Position numbers and translations under genes: made by a program. The notes below the pieces were generated by a model. The model searched no databases. It was not told where the DNA came from and saw only the letters and a list, made by a program, of their open reading frames with translations. Below, piece by piece: positions 9,707-20,189 of a DNA stretch of 64,000 nucleotides (position 1 is the stretch's first letter; each line of letters begins with the position of its first letter). Where the stretch lies: the IMG/VR virus record IMGVR_UViG_3300028025_003013, positions 1 through 64,000 of that record; one strand, given 5' to 3'. This DNA is from a virus.

Positions 9707-9889
9707 ATGAGTAAAATGGCTGAGTTAGATATGGAAATTCGCGAAGCATTGGACAACCACACTGGTCCAAAATCATACCTGTCATGCGTTGACATTGCGA
9801 AGATGCTCGGTGTTCCCGTTGAGATGGTTCATCAGATCGTTGAAGAACGATGGGACGAAACACTTAAATCAAATGGGGTGACAGCATGA
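9707..9889 (+). CDS. small hypothetical protein, possible HTH
   Basis: SCVDIAKMLGVPVEMV. Confidence 0.6.
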   Translation: MSKMAELDMEIREALDNHTGPKSYLSCVDIAKMLGVPVEMVHQIVEERWDETLKSNGVTA

Positions 9890-10068
9890 TAGTGGTCCAG
9901 GAAACTACTAAGTGGGATTCTTCCAGTGCAGCAAACCATATATACGTACTCAGTGATGACAAGCGATCTATGATTGCCTATATCAAAGCTGGTACAAAAG
10001 AGGTAAAGAAATTTAGTAAACCACTTCCATTCTACGTGAAGGGAAGAACATTTAGGAAGATCAAATGA
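9886..10068 (+). CDS. hypothetical protein
   Basis: ATGA overlaps on both sides. Confidence 0.65.
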   Translation: MIVVQETTKWDSSSAANHIYVLSDDKRSMIAYIKAGTKEVKKFSKPLPFYVKGRTFRKIK

Positions 10069-11390
10069 ATATAAATGCATTCTTTAACGATCTGGCATCG
10101 AACAATTCTCGTATCTATAAGACCGAGCAATTACGTAAGCATGCTGGTGACGAGACACTGCGTGAGGTAGTGCGTCTGGCACTTGATCCATTTACGCAAT
10201 TCTATCAGCGGAAGATCCCTGAATATGAATTCGTTGGGGCTGACTCTGAACACCAAACATCTTTAGAGATGGCGATCGCAAACCTTTACTACTTGTCCAG
10301 TCGTGAAGTTACTGGCAATGCAGCGATTGCACATCTACGTGCTATCCTTTCTGGTCTTGAGCCAGATGACGCAAAGGTGATTGAACGAATCATCGACAAG
10401 AGTTTGGACTGTGGTGTTCAGGTATCCACTGCCAATGATGTTTGGCCAGGATTGATTAAAGAATATCCCTGCATGCTTTGTTCTCCCTTTGAACAGAAGT
10501 TGGTTGACAAAATCAAATTCCCTGCGTATGCGCAGATGAAGATGGATGGTATGCGCTTCAACGCTATCGTGCGGGAAGGTAAGGTAGAATTCCGTAGTCG
10601 TAATGGCAAACAGATTCTTCTGCTTGGTCATCTCGAGAAAGAGTTTGCCGCACTGGCTGGTGATGTTGATTGCGTGTTTGATGGTGAGTTAATGGTAATG
10701 TTCAAAGAAGATTATCAATTCGCAGATCGTCAGACTGGCAATGGTATTTTGAACAAGGCAAACAAGGGTACGATATCTGAAGCAGAAGCATCGTTGGTTC
10801 ATGCATCAGTATGGGATGTTATTCCATACCTGTACTTTACCGATGGTAACTGCCCTGTTCCATATTCCAAACGATTCAGTTCGCTGACTGATTTGGTTAA
10901 TAGTCAAACGACCACTATCGTCACTGGCAAAAGAATTCACTTGGTTGCCACCGAGATCGTTGAGACATACGAGAAGGCACAGGAGATCTTTAATGAGTAT
11001 CTCTCGCTGGGCTACGAAGGTATCATCCTCAAAGATGGTTCTGGCGAATGGGAAGACAAACGTGCAAAGCATCAGATCAAATTCAAAGGTGAGTTAGAAT
11101 GCGATCTGAAGATTGTTGCTGTTGAAGAAGGTACTGGCAAGTATGCTGGTCTGCTTGGTGCCATCGTTTGCGAGTCTGCCGATGGTGTTGTGAAGGTAAA
11201 CGTGGGAAGTGGATTCAACGACGCACATCGTAAGAATCTCAAAGAGAAAGACCTTGTGGGTAAGATTGTTGCTGTGAAGTATAATGCTCGCATTAAGAAT
11301 AAGCAGGGCGAAGAAAGTTTGTTTCTTCCAATCTTCGTTGAAGTGCGTGATGACAAAGATGAAGCTGATTCATCAAAGGATATAAAATGA
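10065..11390 (+). CDS. 30: ATP-dependent DNA ligase (T4 gp30-like)
   Basis: KMDGMR adenylation motif, FDGEL, EGIILK, VGSGF, SLFLPIF. Confidence 0.95.
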   Translation: MNINAFFNDLASNNSRIYKTEQLRKHAGDETLREVVRLALDPFTQFYQRKIPEYEFVGADSEHQTSLEMAIANLYYLSSREVTGNAAIAHLRAILSGLEPDDAKVIERIIDKSLDCGVQVSTANDVWPGLIKEYPCMLCSPFEQKLVDKIKFPAYAQMKMDGMRFNAIVREGKVEFRSRNGKQILLLGHLEKEFAALAGDVDCVFDGELMVMFKEDYQFADRQTGNGILNKANKGTISEAEASLVHASVWDVIPYLYFTDGNCPVPYSKRFSSLTDLVNSQTTTIVTGKRIHLVATEIVETYEKAQEIFNEYLSLGYEGIILKDGSGEWEDKRAKHQIKFKGELECDLKIVAVEEGTGKYAGLLGAIVCESADGVVKVNVGSGFNDAHRKNLKEKDLVGKIVAVKYNARIKNKQGEESLFLPIFVEVRDDKDEADSSKDIK

Positions 11391-11602
11391 ACGAACAAAT
11401 TGAAATACTTTTTAAACAGGCTGGTGGATATTTCGAAATGGATGTGGAGGGAAACCTATTCACATACACACAGGACTTTGATCCTGAGTATTTTGCTCTA
11501 CTGATTATTAAAGAATCCGCTAGTGTTGCAGACAAGCATGTACGCCATGGCGATATTGATGTTGCTAGAATTATCAAACGACATTTTGGAGTTGAAGAAT
11601 GA
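11387..11602 (+). CDS. small hypothetical protein
   Basis: Coupled ORF; FALLIIKES motif shared with next ORF. Confidence 0.65.
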   Translation: MNEQIEILFKQAGGYFEMDVEGNLFTYTQDFDPEYFALLIIKESASVADKHVRHGDIDVARIIKRHFGVEE

Positions 11603-11802
11603 GTGAACGAATTAGAGAACTATCCAAAGAGGCATATGAAGCCACGATTAGAAATACTCCGAGTATGCTAGTCACCAGAGAGGATTTTGAGCATAACTTT
11701 GCCATGGCAATTATCAATGAGTGTCTTTCTATCTGCGAAGAACTCGGAGCAGACTTTGATTGTCACTATGCAGCAGATGCAATCTCGAGGAAATTCACAT
11801 GA
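11599..11802 (+). CDS. small hypothetical protein
   Basis: MSERIREL...FAMAIINEC. Confidence 0.65.
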   Translation: MSERIRELSKEAYEATIRNTPSMLVTREDFEHNFAMAIINECLSICEELGADFDCHYAADAISRKFT

Positions 11803-12140
11803 GTCTAGATGTTGACCTAATGGTTACGCAACCATGCTCTGTTTACAGTTCTAACATTACCCATAATCTCGGTAAGATGGCTGGCGAGGTTAAACTGAGT
11901 AATGGTAAAACTTTATACGATGTGCTTTGGCGTCCCGAGGAACATGGGTTCTACTATGCCAAAGAGATCTCAGAGTTGCTTGACGAAGGTTGGAACATAC
12001 TGCTGGCAGATCCAACGCATTTTATGCAATGGGATCCATCGAATCATTGGGGTAGCTACGAAGGGCTATGCAACTTTGTTTACAATTATCGTAATGCATG
12101 CTGGGACAATCCAGATGCAGAGATAAGTGCCTCGAGGTAG
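11799..12140 (+). CDS. hypothetical protein
   Basis: NITHNLGKMA...PSNHWGSYEG; ATGA-coupled. Confidence 0.7.
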   Translation: MSLDVDLMVTQPCSVYSSNITHNLGKMAGEVKLSNGKTLYDVLWRPEEHGFYYAKEISELLDEGWNILLADPTHFMQWDPSNHWGSYEGLCNFVYNYRNACWDNPDAEISASR

Positions 12141-12187
12141 TTTGGAACTGACTTTACGGAAATTCTTTTTTGGAGTATAATTGAGGT

Positions 12188-12331
12188 ATGAAGATAAAAC
12201 TTAAAACCAAGAAACCACGCAACCCAGTTGCGAAGGACTTGCGCACTCCAAAATATCGGATGCGAGTTGTCCTCTCCAAGAAAAAAGAAATCCCTGTGTT
12301 TGACTTTAAGAAAGAGATTGATTATGCATGA
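12188..12331 (+). CDS. small basic protein, weakly ArfA-like, leaderless
   Basis: MKIKLKTKKPRNPVAKDLRTPKYRMRVV; ATG 6 nt after TATAAT 12176-12181. Confidence 0.6.
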   Translation: MKIKLKTKKPRNPVAKDLRTPKYRMRVVLSKKKEIPVFDFKKEIDYA

Positions 12332-12475
12332 CATTGATGAAATTCGTTTAGCACGTGCGTTGGGTAGAGTCATCGAAGAAGAAATCCGTAAAGGCAACAA
12401 GTTGCCAGATGAAGTCTTGCGAGCGTATGAGGAATTGTATAGACATTGGCAGTATCAAATGGATCGAGAATTGTC

Positions 12476-13009
12476 ATGAGAAAAGAACTAGACGAAGCAC
12501 TCGTTGCAAAGTATCCGTTGATCTTTAGAGATCGCAATGGAGACATGCGCACAACTTTAATGTGCTGGGGTTTTGAATGTGGCGATGGTTGGTATAACAT
12601 CATCGATGTTCTTTGTGGAAAACTTTCCAGCGAATACATTTCTGCGAAGAGTCGCTATGACTTTATCAAAGATAGGGTTGGTGAGAAAGTGTATGGTGGC
12701 TCTGGTGATGTTATCACACAGGGTGAGATTGATCAACGCAAACTGGTCATGGAAGAAGAAGCAAGCAAGGTTCCAGTTGCTGTTCAGATTAAAGAGAAGT
12801 TCGGTGGACTACGATTCTATGTTCAGGCTGCAACCGATAAACATTATCAGTATATTAGTTTTGCCGAGAGTATGAGTTATCGTACCTGTGAACAATGTGG
12901 TGCTCCAGGCAAACGCTACACTGATGGTTGGCATAAAGTGCTTTGCGATATCCATGCAGCTATGGATGGTCGTGAAGAACAATACGAATCTGATGAGGGG
13001 GATGAATAA
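12476..13009 (+). CDS. hypothetical phage protein with C-terminal Zn-finger
   Basis: FECGDGW, QIKEKFGGLRFY, CEQCG...LCDIH. Confidence 0.75.
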   Translation: MRKELDEALVAKYPLIFRDRNGDMRTTLMCWGFECGDGWYNIIDVLCGKLSSEYISAKSRYDFIKDRVGEKVYGGSGDVITQGEIDQRKLVMEEEASKVPVAVQIKEKFGGLRFYVQAATDKHYQYISFAESMSYRTCEQCGAPGKRYTDGWHKVLCDIHAAMDGREEQYESDEGDE

Positions 13010-13368
13010 TGTTTTACGGTAAAGAATCAATCACAGAAACACTGGCGTTGATCCGCAGTAAGACTGACGGAGTTATTCATATTCCAATGTCAGAATACAA
13101 GTTGAGTGAACGATGGACTGATGAGTTCCGTATTCGTGATGGCCATATCAAACTCGAAGATGGCACATGGGTTACGGAAGTTGATGTTGGAGATTATCTA
13201 AACAAACTGGAAACCGATATCTTGGATTTGTATACCAGCTATCAAACTGGTCTAAATGAGATTCGTTTGCTGAAACAACAAAGGTACGAGATGGAATATG
13301 GTTTGCGTGTTGCAGAGAAGGCATTGAAGAAATCTCTTGCAATGACGAAAGAACTTATCCAAGATTGA
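13009..13368 (+). CDS. hypothetical coiled-coil protein
   Basis: Coupled ORF with RBS. Confidence 0.65.
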   Translation: MFYGKESITETLALIRSKTDGVIHIPMSEYKLSERWTDEFRIRDGHIKLEDGTWVTEVDVGDYLNKLETDILDLYTSYQTGLNEIRLLKQQRYEMEYGLRVAEKALKKSLAMTKELIQD

Positions 13369-13500
13369 CTTTAAATCAATCTAATGGTATACTTGTGATT
13401 GATCTAACTAACTTAAGAGATAACGATGACTCAGATTGCAGCTTTGCTAAGACCTCGTATGATATCCAGCGAAGTTACTACAACTAAGAAAGAAGTACGT

Positions 13501-13863
13501 ATGGTAAAAATTGCTATAAACAGATGCTTTGGTGGCTTTGGTTTATCCGACCCAGCATTTGAAAGATTGCTTGCTCGCAAGGGTATTGCATTCGAGAAAG
13601 TTAAAGGTGAATCCGCATTCTTGGGTGACAGCTACTACAAAGCTGGTCATGTAGGCGATGATGATCATTACCTGAGTGAACACACATTCTGCGAGGATCG
13701 TACAGATCCTGATTTGATTGCAGTCATCGAAGAGATGGGTAAAGAAGCAGAAGGTTGGGCAGCAGACATTGCAATCGTTGAAGTACCTGCTGGCGTTAAA
13801 TGGCACATCCATGAGTATGATGGATTAGAGCATGTGGCTGAAGACCACAGAACATGGAGTTAA
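13501..13863 (+). CDS. hypothetical phage protein
   Basis: INRCFGGFGLS...RTDPDLIAVIEE...EYDGLE. Confidence 0.75.
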   Translation: MVKIAINRCFGGFGLSDPAFERLLARKGIAFEKVKGESAFLGDSYYKAGHVGDDDHYLSEHTFCEDRTDPDLIAVIEEMGKEAEGWAADIAIVEVPAGVKWHIHEYDGLEHVAEDHRTWS

Positions 13864-13864
13864 T

Positions 13865-14089
13865 ATGAAGACACTTGAAATTGGGTTCAGTGAAGATTAT
13901 GAGGTACGTTTCAGCTGTGAAGAAATTCCACAGCCACCAGGAATGTATCACCTGCAGATTGTTTCAACATCTATTTGGAAAGAGCAAAAGATTGATAACA
14001 AGAAAGACTTCTTCCTAGAGAAGAAACAACTTATGATGATTTGTGATTATTTTAATGGAGTGAAAAATGAACTTAACGAGCAACAATAA
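13865..14089 (+). CDS. hypothetical protein
   Basis: GGAG RBS, ORF. Confidence 0.55.
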   Translation: MKTLEIGFSEDYEVRFSCEEIPQPPGMYHLQIVSTSIWKEQKIDNKKDFFLEKKQLMMICDYFNGVKNELNEQQ

Positions 14090-14396
14090 TATGGATTTTA
14101 TTGCCTTAGCGAAAGCGTCTGGCACAAACTTGGAAGAACTGATTACATCAGATGAGTTTGTAGATTGGTTTAAAGAGTATCTCTCTGAGAAAGAAATCAA
14201 TGTAACCTTTACCAAGAAAGATGGAACAAGTCGCAACATGCATTGCACTCGTGACTTCAGTAAGATCCCTGCGGATATGATTCCCACTGGTACTGGTGTC
14301 AAGACAACTGGCGATGCTGTTCAGGTATTCGATTTGACTATCAACGAATGGCGTTCTTTTAAAACTTCAACCCTAACACATATTGAGTGGCTATGA
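14067..14396 (+). CDS. WYL_2/Sm-like SH3 beta-barrel protein
   Basis: VTFTKKDGTSRNMHCT...VFDLTINEWRSF. Confidence 0.75.
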   Translation: MNLTSNNNMDFIALAKASGTNLEELITSDEFVDWFKEYLSEKEINVTFTKKDGTSRNMHCTRDFSKIPADMIPTGTGVKTTGDAVQVFDLTINEWRSFKTSTLTHIEWL

Positions 14397-14659
14397 CACA
14401 ATCTATTTCATCTCCTGTTGATCGTGACAAGATCAAAAAAATGCTGGCAGAAATTTCTGGTAGCATGACACGTATCGAAGCCGAGCGTGATTACATTAAA
14501 GAATCCGTGAAGGAAATGTCAGCTGAGTTTCAGCTGTCCAAGAAAACATTGAACAAGATGGCTCGTGTATATCACAGACAGAACTTCAATGAAGAAGTTG
14601 CCTCGCATGAAGAATTCGAGGATCTCTATGAAACAATCGTACAAGGAAACAAAGAATGA
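14393..14659 (+). CDS. dsDNA-binding protein, T4 DsbA-like
   Basis: EISGSMTRIEAERDYIKE...LNKMARVYHRQNF. Confidence 0.7.
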   Translation: MTQSISSPVDRDKIKKMLAEISGSMTRIEAERDYIKESVKEMSAEFQLSKKTLNKMARVYHRQNFNEEVASHEEFEDLYETIVQGNKE

Positions 14660-14850
14660 AAACATTCGCAATCATCGGTGTAGTAGCATTGGTTATTTTC
14701 TTTCTAATCTTTGGACCACTGCTAACAATATGGGCACTGAACACTTTGTTCCCAGCACTTGCAATCGCTTACACATGGCAAACATGGGCTGCAATCGTCC
14801 TTCTTGGAATGTGGTTTCGTGGACTCGTGGACTTTAGGAAGTCTAAGTAA
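14656..14850 (+). CDS. small membrane protein
   Basis: Hydrophobic throughout, PLLTIWALNTLFP. Confidence 0.7.
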   Translation: MKTFAIIGVVALVIFFLIFGPLLTIWALNTLFPALAIAYTWQTWAAIVLLGMWFRGLVDFRKSK

Positions 14851-14926
14851 CCCTACAGGGTTGAGGGTTATCACTTGACTTTAATTAGGTTCTCATGTAT
14901 AATTATATTATAAACTGGAGCGATAC

Positions 14927-16033
14927 ATGTCGAATACTATAAAACGTAAACAATTAGCCGAACGATTGTTGGGTGCAAATGAGCCAAAGTTAACTGAGGG
15001 CGATCGTTACACATCGTCTCTCATTATCGCATTGAATCATTACAACTCAGAAAACGATGACAAGGACAAACAAAAGTGGTTTGTTTCTTATGTAGCGCAG
15101 ACTGACAAGAAATTGGCAGTGGCGTTATTGAAGTTGGATCCTCATCTGTTTAGACATGCTGGTATCATCGCACGTTTGGTCATGCGTGAACAACCAGTTG
15201 CCGAAAAGGAATTGTCATTCCTACAAGAACGAACAGCTGTGCTTACTGAATTGACACAGAAGCCAGAGCCAGTTAAGGTTGTTGTTAAAGACGACAAGCC
15301 AGTGGCACCAGTGATCTCATTGCAAGATCGTATTGAAGCAAAAGCACGTGAGTTGGCTGGTGACTTTGATGGTGCAATTGATGACTTTGTTCTTGATGAC
15401 AAGTCATTCGATGCCAAAGATCTCATGAAGCGATTGAATGCTTCAGGACCAGTGGCTAAGATTATAGGTTCATTCTACGTCAATACAGTTGAAGAACTAA
15501 ACGAAGCCATCGAAGGCAAAGATCCTCAGTTGGTTGAAGGTTATTCAAACTTCAAGAAAGCCAAGCTGAAGAAACTTGCAGCATTGTATCAGTCAATCAT
15601 TGATGCAGCAGGTGCGCAGGTTCAGGTAGCCAAAGCGACTCGCAAGCCACGTCAACGCAAAGAGAAGCCAGCTGGCGTTATCGTTGCCAAGATGAAGTAC
15701 AAGAAGGAAGATACCGAATACGCTATCAAGTCTGTGCCAGCTTCTGGTATCGTCAATGCTCAGGAACTGTGGGTGTTCAATTCCAAGTATCGCAAACTGC
15801 AGGTATATCGTGCAATTGATCCAAAGGGTTTGTCTGTTAAAGGTACAAGCATCGTTGGTTACGATCCCGATAACTCTGGCTCCAAGACAATGCGTAAACC
15901 AGAGCAGGTAAGCGTATATGCAACGCTGACCAAGCGACCACTGAATCAGGCATTCAAAGGGTTGACCACGCAAGAGCAAAAGGTCAATGGTCGTATCAAT
16001 GAAGAATGTATTCTATTGAAAGTGTTCCAATGA
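14927..16033 (+). CDS. T4-like phage hypothetical protein
   Basis: 368 aa ORF behind TTGACT-17-TATAAT promoter with GGAG RBS. Confidence 0.8.
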   Translation: MSNTIKRKQLAERLLGANEPKLTEGDRYTSSLIIALNHYNSENDDKDKQKWFVSYVAQTDKKLAVALLKLDPHLFRHAGIIARLVMREQPVAEKELSFLQERTAVLTELTQKPEPVKVVVKDDKPVAPVISLQDRIEAKARELAGDFDGAIDDFVLDDKSFDAKDLMKRLNASGPVAKIIGSFYVNTVEELNEAIEGKDPQLVEGYSNFKKAKLKKLAALYQSIIDAAGAQVQVAKATRKPRQRKEKPAGVIVAKMKYKKEDTEYAIKSVPASGIVNAQELWVFNSKYRKLQVYRAIDPKGLSVKGTSIVGYDPDNSGSKTMRKPEQVSVYATLTKRPLNQAFKGLTTQEQKVNGRINEECILLKVFQ

Positions 16034-16372
16034 AAACAGTACAGCAACTAGAAACTGAAGCCATCCTAGCATTGGGTGAGTCTCATAACCATCAGCGTGA
16101 AGTAATCTACCGCATGGGAGAAAAACTATCAGAACTGGAACAACAACTTGCCATGGCCAATGACAGGGTTCGTCAACTAGAATCTCAACTGTATGGTGGC
16201 AAATAATGAGAATGATTTGTGACGACCACAACACATCATACTACTGGGTGGATGAAGAAACAGGCAAGCACCTAAGCCCACACTTTGATTATGAAGCGGA
16301 TGCTGTGCAGTGGAAGCACAATATTGAAAATAAGATTTATGAACAACTCGAACAGAGATTGAGAGAAACAAA

Positions 16373-17266
16373 ATGATCCTAGTTGATTACAGCCAAGTAG
16401 CACTGGCAAACTTCCTGTCCTTTAAGGCAGAACTAACACGTGGCTCTGAGGCTGAGATCATTAATCTCATTCGTCATTCTACCCTGTCTACACTCAAGTA
16501 CTACAAGAAAAAGTATGGCAATGAGTATGGTGAGATGGTTATCTGTTGCGATGGTCGTAAGTACTGGCGCAGAGAATTCTTTGAACACTACAAAGCTGGT
16601 CGCAAGAAAGCACGTGATGCATCAGACCTTAACTGGACTTTGATCTTTGATACCCTGTCTCAGTTACGTAACGACCTCGTTGAGAATTTCCCTTACAGGG
16701 TTCTTCATCTCGATCGTGCAGAAGCCGATGACATTATCGCTGTGCTTGCAAAGTGGACACAAGAGAATGGTATGGTTCAGCAGGGACTGGTTGAAGAGCC
16801 ACAAAAGGTTCTTGTCTTGTCTTCCGATGGTGACTTCATCCAACTTCAGCAGTACGATAACGTAACGCAGTGGTCACCGATGCAGAAGAAGTATATCAAA
16901 GCCAATATGAAAGAACTTCATGAGAAGAAGATTACTCATATCGTTAAGGCAGGTGATGATGGCATTCCAAACATCCTTTCAGCCGATGATGTGTTCGTTA
17001 AGGGCGAGCGTCAAAAGCCAGTGAGTGCCAAGCGACTGCAAGAGTTTATTGAGAATGGTTTTATCGCATGTAAGAATGATGACGAACGTCGCAACTGGCA
17101 TCGTAACAGTACGCTGGTAGACTTCAACTTTATCCCAGAGGACATTCAGAACTCCATCGTAGATGCTTATATAAATAGTAAACCTGTCAAAGATAAGATG
17201 AAGATTATGACTTATCTTGCCAACCATCGATGCAAACTTTTATTAGAAGAACTTGAGGACTTTTAA
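16373..17266 (+). CDS. rnh: RNase H / 5'-3' exonuclease (T4 rnh)
   Basis: MILVDYSQ, YWRREFFEHYKAGR, EADDII, SSDGDFIQL, DGIPNI. Confidence 0.93.
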   Translation: MILVDYSQVALANFLSFKAELTRGSEAEIINLIRHSTLSTLKYYKKKYGNEYGEMVICCDGRKYWRREFFEHYKAGRKKARDASDLNWTLIFDTLSQLRNDLVENFPYRVLHLDRAEADDIIAVLAKWTQENGMVQQGLVEEPQKVLVLSSDGDFIQLQQYDNVTQWSPMQKKYIKANMKELHEKKITHIVKAGDDGIPNILSADDVFVKGERQKPVSAKRLQEFIENGFIACKNDDERRNWHRNSTLVDFNFIPEDIQNSIVDAYINSKPVKDKMKIMTYLANHRCKLLLEELEDF

Positions 17267-17267
17267 C

Positions 17268-17690
17268 ATGGCTAGATTTATTCCTGAGATGCTTACGGAG
17301 ATCAATGATGATCCCAAGACACTTGAGAAGTGGAAAGACAATGCAGCACTGAAGATATTGTTCAAGCATGCATTTGAGAAAGAACATAAGTTTGTGCTAC
17401 CAGAAGGCGACCCACCATATACGGAAGATGCCGCACCGATTGGTATGTCACCAACAAACTTTACGCAAGAGATGCGTAGGATGTATGTGTTCTGTCGTGC
17501 AGATCTTCAACCGATCAAACGTGAAGCATTGTTCATTGGATTGCTGGAAAGCATTCATCCAAGTGAAGCAAAGATTTTGTTGGCAGTAAAGGATCAGAAA
17601 CTAAATAAGATGTATCCAAAAATTACCGCAAAGCTGGTTGCTGAAGCTGGTATGATTACCTTACCTGTCAAAGAAAAGAAAAATGTCTAA
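17268..17690 (+). CDS. T4-like hypothetical protein
   Basis: LPEGDPPY...KREALFIGLLESIHPSEA. Confidence 0.75.
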   Translation: MARFIPEMLTEINDDPKTLEKWKDNAALKILFKHAFEKEHKFVLPEGDPPYTEDAAPIGMSPTNFTQEMRRMYVFCRADLQPIKREALFIGLLESIHPSEAKILLAVKDQKLNKMYPKITAKLVAEAGMITLPVKEKKNV

Positions 17691-17925
17691 CACAATCATC
17701 CAAATTACCAATTCTGAGGGAAAGATCATTTCAGCCGAGTTGCGTAGTGCTGTACCCGAATCGCTACTTGTCTGCATTTACCGTGACTTTCATACCGCAA
17801 GGCTGGTTTCCGTAGCCATGGAGTGGCAAAAAGCCACGTCATCATGGCGATCTTCTGACGGATTCACCTGTGAATATGAGGTAGCTTCCCTTCCCAGAGA
17901 GGAAGTTTCGGTTCGGATCCCGTAA
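17683..17925 (+). CDS. hypothetical protein
   Basis: Coupled ORF. Confidence 0.5.
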   Translation: MSNTIIQITNSEGKIISAELRSAVPESLLVCIYRDFHTARLVSVAMEWQKATSSWRSSDGFTCEYEVASLPREEVSVRIP

Positions 17926-18056
17926 GTTGTTGATCTAAAAGGGATTTTCCCCACTAAAATAACCCTACCGAGTGTAGGGTTTTTCACATTTCGCTTGACG
18001 GAAATTCACTTTTCAGGCATAATTACTTTATAGTAATTAGAAAAGGAAATGAAATG
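17921..18056 (+). repeat. early regulatory cassette copy (IHF-like site inverted)
   Basis: TAAGTTGTTGATC 17923-17935; AACCCTACCGAGTGTAGGGTT hairpin; TTGACG 17995-18000; CATAATTACTTTATAGT leader. Confidence 0.85.
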
Positions 18057-18257
18057 AAACGTAAATTTGTGACTCGTGATATCCGTACTATCGTAAACGA
18101 ATTCACCAAGCGCACCTATGAGCAGTCTGGCACATACGCTTATCCTGCTGGATACTTGGAAAGCATGATTGTTAGTTTGATCGCTGACGCACCTCGCCAC
18201 AAGCAGGTTGAATGCTTGGCTTCTTTGCAATGTGCTAACTACTCTTTAGGAAAATAA
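18054..18257 (+). CDS. early hypothetical protein
   Basis: First ORF after cassette. Confidence 0.65.
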   Translation: MKRKFVTRDIRTIVNEFTKRTYEQSGTYAYPAGYLESMIVSLIADAPRHKQVECLASLQCANYSLGK

Positions 18258-18420
18258 TCATGCGTGGAACACTTCGTACTTTGTTAGGTTTCTTTATCGT
18301 GTTTGGTGCAGTTGGTGGTATCGATAATGCCACTGACTCAGAATTATTCTTGATTGCTGGCATTACTGCCATTGGTATGTTGTTAATGTTGTCTGGCGTC
18401 AAAGCCATGAAGGAGATCTC

Positions 18421-18612
18421 ATGAACGTATACGAAGGTGTTGACATGGCAGAAGTCAATCGTGACTTGGAAGACATCGCCAACAAAGAACGTGAGGCGAT
18501 GACCGAAGCTGAATTCGAAGCCATGATGGATGCGATGGAAGCTGACTATCTCGCAAAGCAGTACGAAGCCGAATCGTATGATTTAGATGCAACTTATTAT
18601 GGAGTGAAGTAA
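18421..18612 (+). CDS. small acidic protein
   Basis: AGGAG RBS. Confidence 0.6.
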   Translation: MNVYEGVDMAEVNRDLEDIANKEREAMTEAEFEAMMDAMEADYLAKQYEAESYDLDATYYGVK

Positions 18613-18756
18613 TGAACAAAGAATTAAAAGCACTGGTGATTAAAGCAGGTGCACCACCACCATTGCTTGACGAAATTTGGTTTAACATCTTCTGCCAGCA
18701 ATTTGCAGATGTGTTGTTGACTCAGGTTGAACAGGATGTTATGGAGAAAGAAATTA

Positions 18757-19059
18757 ATGAATAAATTTGCAGCAATGAAACAAAAGAATGCGATTGACAG
18801 TGAGATTCTGTTAATCACGCAGGAAGAATGTGCCGAAGTAAGCCAAGCGATTAGCAAGGTTTTTAGGTTTGGTATGGATGATGAATACAAAGGCATTACT
18901 AATCGTGAACATCTCGAAGAAGAGATCGGTGACCTGATGTGTATGATTGATCTGTTGATTGAGAATGGTATCGTTAGCGAGTCGGCAGTAATGACTGCAA
19001 AGAACGAAAAGATGAACAAGCTGATGACATGGTCTGGCATTTTTAAGGAGCAGGTATGA
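18757..19059 (+). CDS. MazG-like NTP pyrophosphohydrolase-fold protein
   Basis: QEECAEVSQAISKVFRFG...LEEEIGDL. Confidence 0.75.
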   Translation: MNKFAAMKQKNAIDSEILLITQEECAEVSQAISKVFRFGMDDEYKGITNREHLEEEIGDLMCMIDLLIENGIVSESAVMTAKNEKMNKLMTWSGIFKEQV

Positions 19060-19283
19060 TTACGATTAGTGGAATTACCAAGCGTCAAAAGCGCATGCTA
19101 AACATCATGTGGAATTTGGATACCGAGGAAGACTACTTTGAGTGGTATGAATCTTTGGATGCCGAGTTGCAAGCTGAAGCGGATCTGCTACAGCGTTTGG
19201 TGATCTTGGAATCGTATGAAGAAGATCTCGGTGACTGTGTTGATGCCAAGAAAGTTCTTGGAAAATTTGCCAAACTTGACTAA
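19056..19283 (+). CDS. hypothetical protein
   Basis: Coupled ORF with AGGAG RBS. Confidence 0.6.
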   Translation: MITISGITKRQKRMLNIMWNLDTEEDYFEWYESLDAELQAEADLLQRLVILESYEEDLGDCVDAKKVLGKFAKLD

Positions 19284-19327
19284 GTCTGGTATACTTGTCG
19301 GTGTCGGTTATGATAAAGGATTATATT

Positions 19328-19594
19328 ATGTATGATATTGAAGAAGAAAAGCCCAAGCATGCTACTGGCTTGATGGGTATTGACTACGAGACAGCAGATC
19401 GAATCACTCGGTTGACCTTAACTGAGTACCGAGATCGGTTGCAGCATGAATTGGACATGTGGAATGCAGATCCTCAGGATGAGACGAATCCCGATGGGTA
19501 CTGGATGCATCCCGAAGATGTAGTGCGTAACTGCAAGACAGTTAAACTTATTGATGTGCTTTTACAAGATTTTGGTGGAGAATTGTATGCCTAA
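19328..19594 (+). CDS. hypothetical protein
   Basis: AAGGA RBS; TTGCCA-17-TATACT promoter upstream. Confidence 0.6.
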   Translation: MYDIEEEKPKHATGLMGIDYETADRITRLTLTEYRDRLQHELDMWNADPQDETNPDGYWMHPEDVVRNCKTVKLIDVLLQDFGGELYA

Positions 19595-20084
19595 TTGGTG
19601 CTATAACAGCGTAGTTATTTCTCATGATGATGAGACACTTATTGATGCCTTGGAACAGGAATTGATGAAGGGTGATGATGCCAAGGTGTTTAATCATCTT
19701 GTGCCTCGTCCAGTCGAAGAGGAAGAAAACTGGTACGCATGGAACATCAACGCATGGGGTACAAAGTGGGATGTGACTCCGTATGATTGGGATCGTGATG
19801 GTAATTCTATCACTATGACTTTTGATTCTGCATGGTCGCCACCGATTAATCTGTATGAAACACTGACTGAAGAAGGTTGGTATGTTAATGCAAAGTATCA
19901 TGAGCCTGGATGTGTATTCATTGGAAAGTTTGAAGATGGCTTTGATGAATATTATGAGTACGACATTACAGACGAAGATGCAATCAATGAGTTGCCAGAA
20001 GAACTGATTGAGTTCGGTAACCTGTTGGAAGAGCATGAGAACTGGAAAGAAAATAATGAAGCTACAGACGAAACTGAAGATTGA
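19587..20084 (+). CDS. DUF1281/YubB ferredoxin-like protein
   Basis: MPNWCYN, WYAWNINAWGTKWD, FDSAWSPP. Confidence 0.8.
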   Translation: MPNWCYNSVVISHDDETLIDALEQELMKGDDAKVFNHLVPRPVEEEENWYAWNINAWGTKWDVTPYDWDRDGNSITMTFDSAWSPPINLYETLTEEGWYVNAKYHEPGCVFIGKFEDGFDEYYEYDITDEDAINELPEELIEFGNLLEEHENWKENNEATDETED

Positions 20085-20189
20085 GAATTTCTTTAATCAG
20101 ATTCAGCGTAACTTTACGTTGATGGAATGGTTCGTTATAATGCTGGTTGTTTACATGTTGGGTAATGTATTGTTTAACTGGATCTTTAG

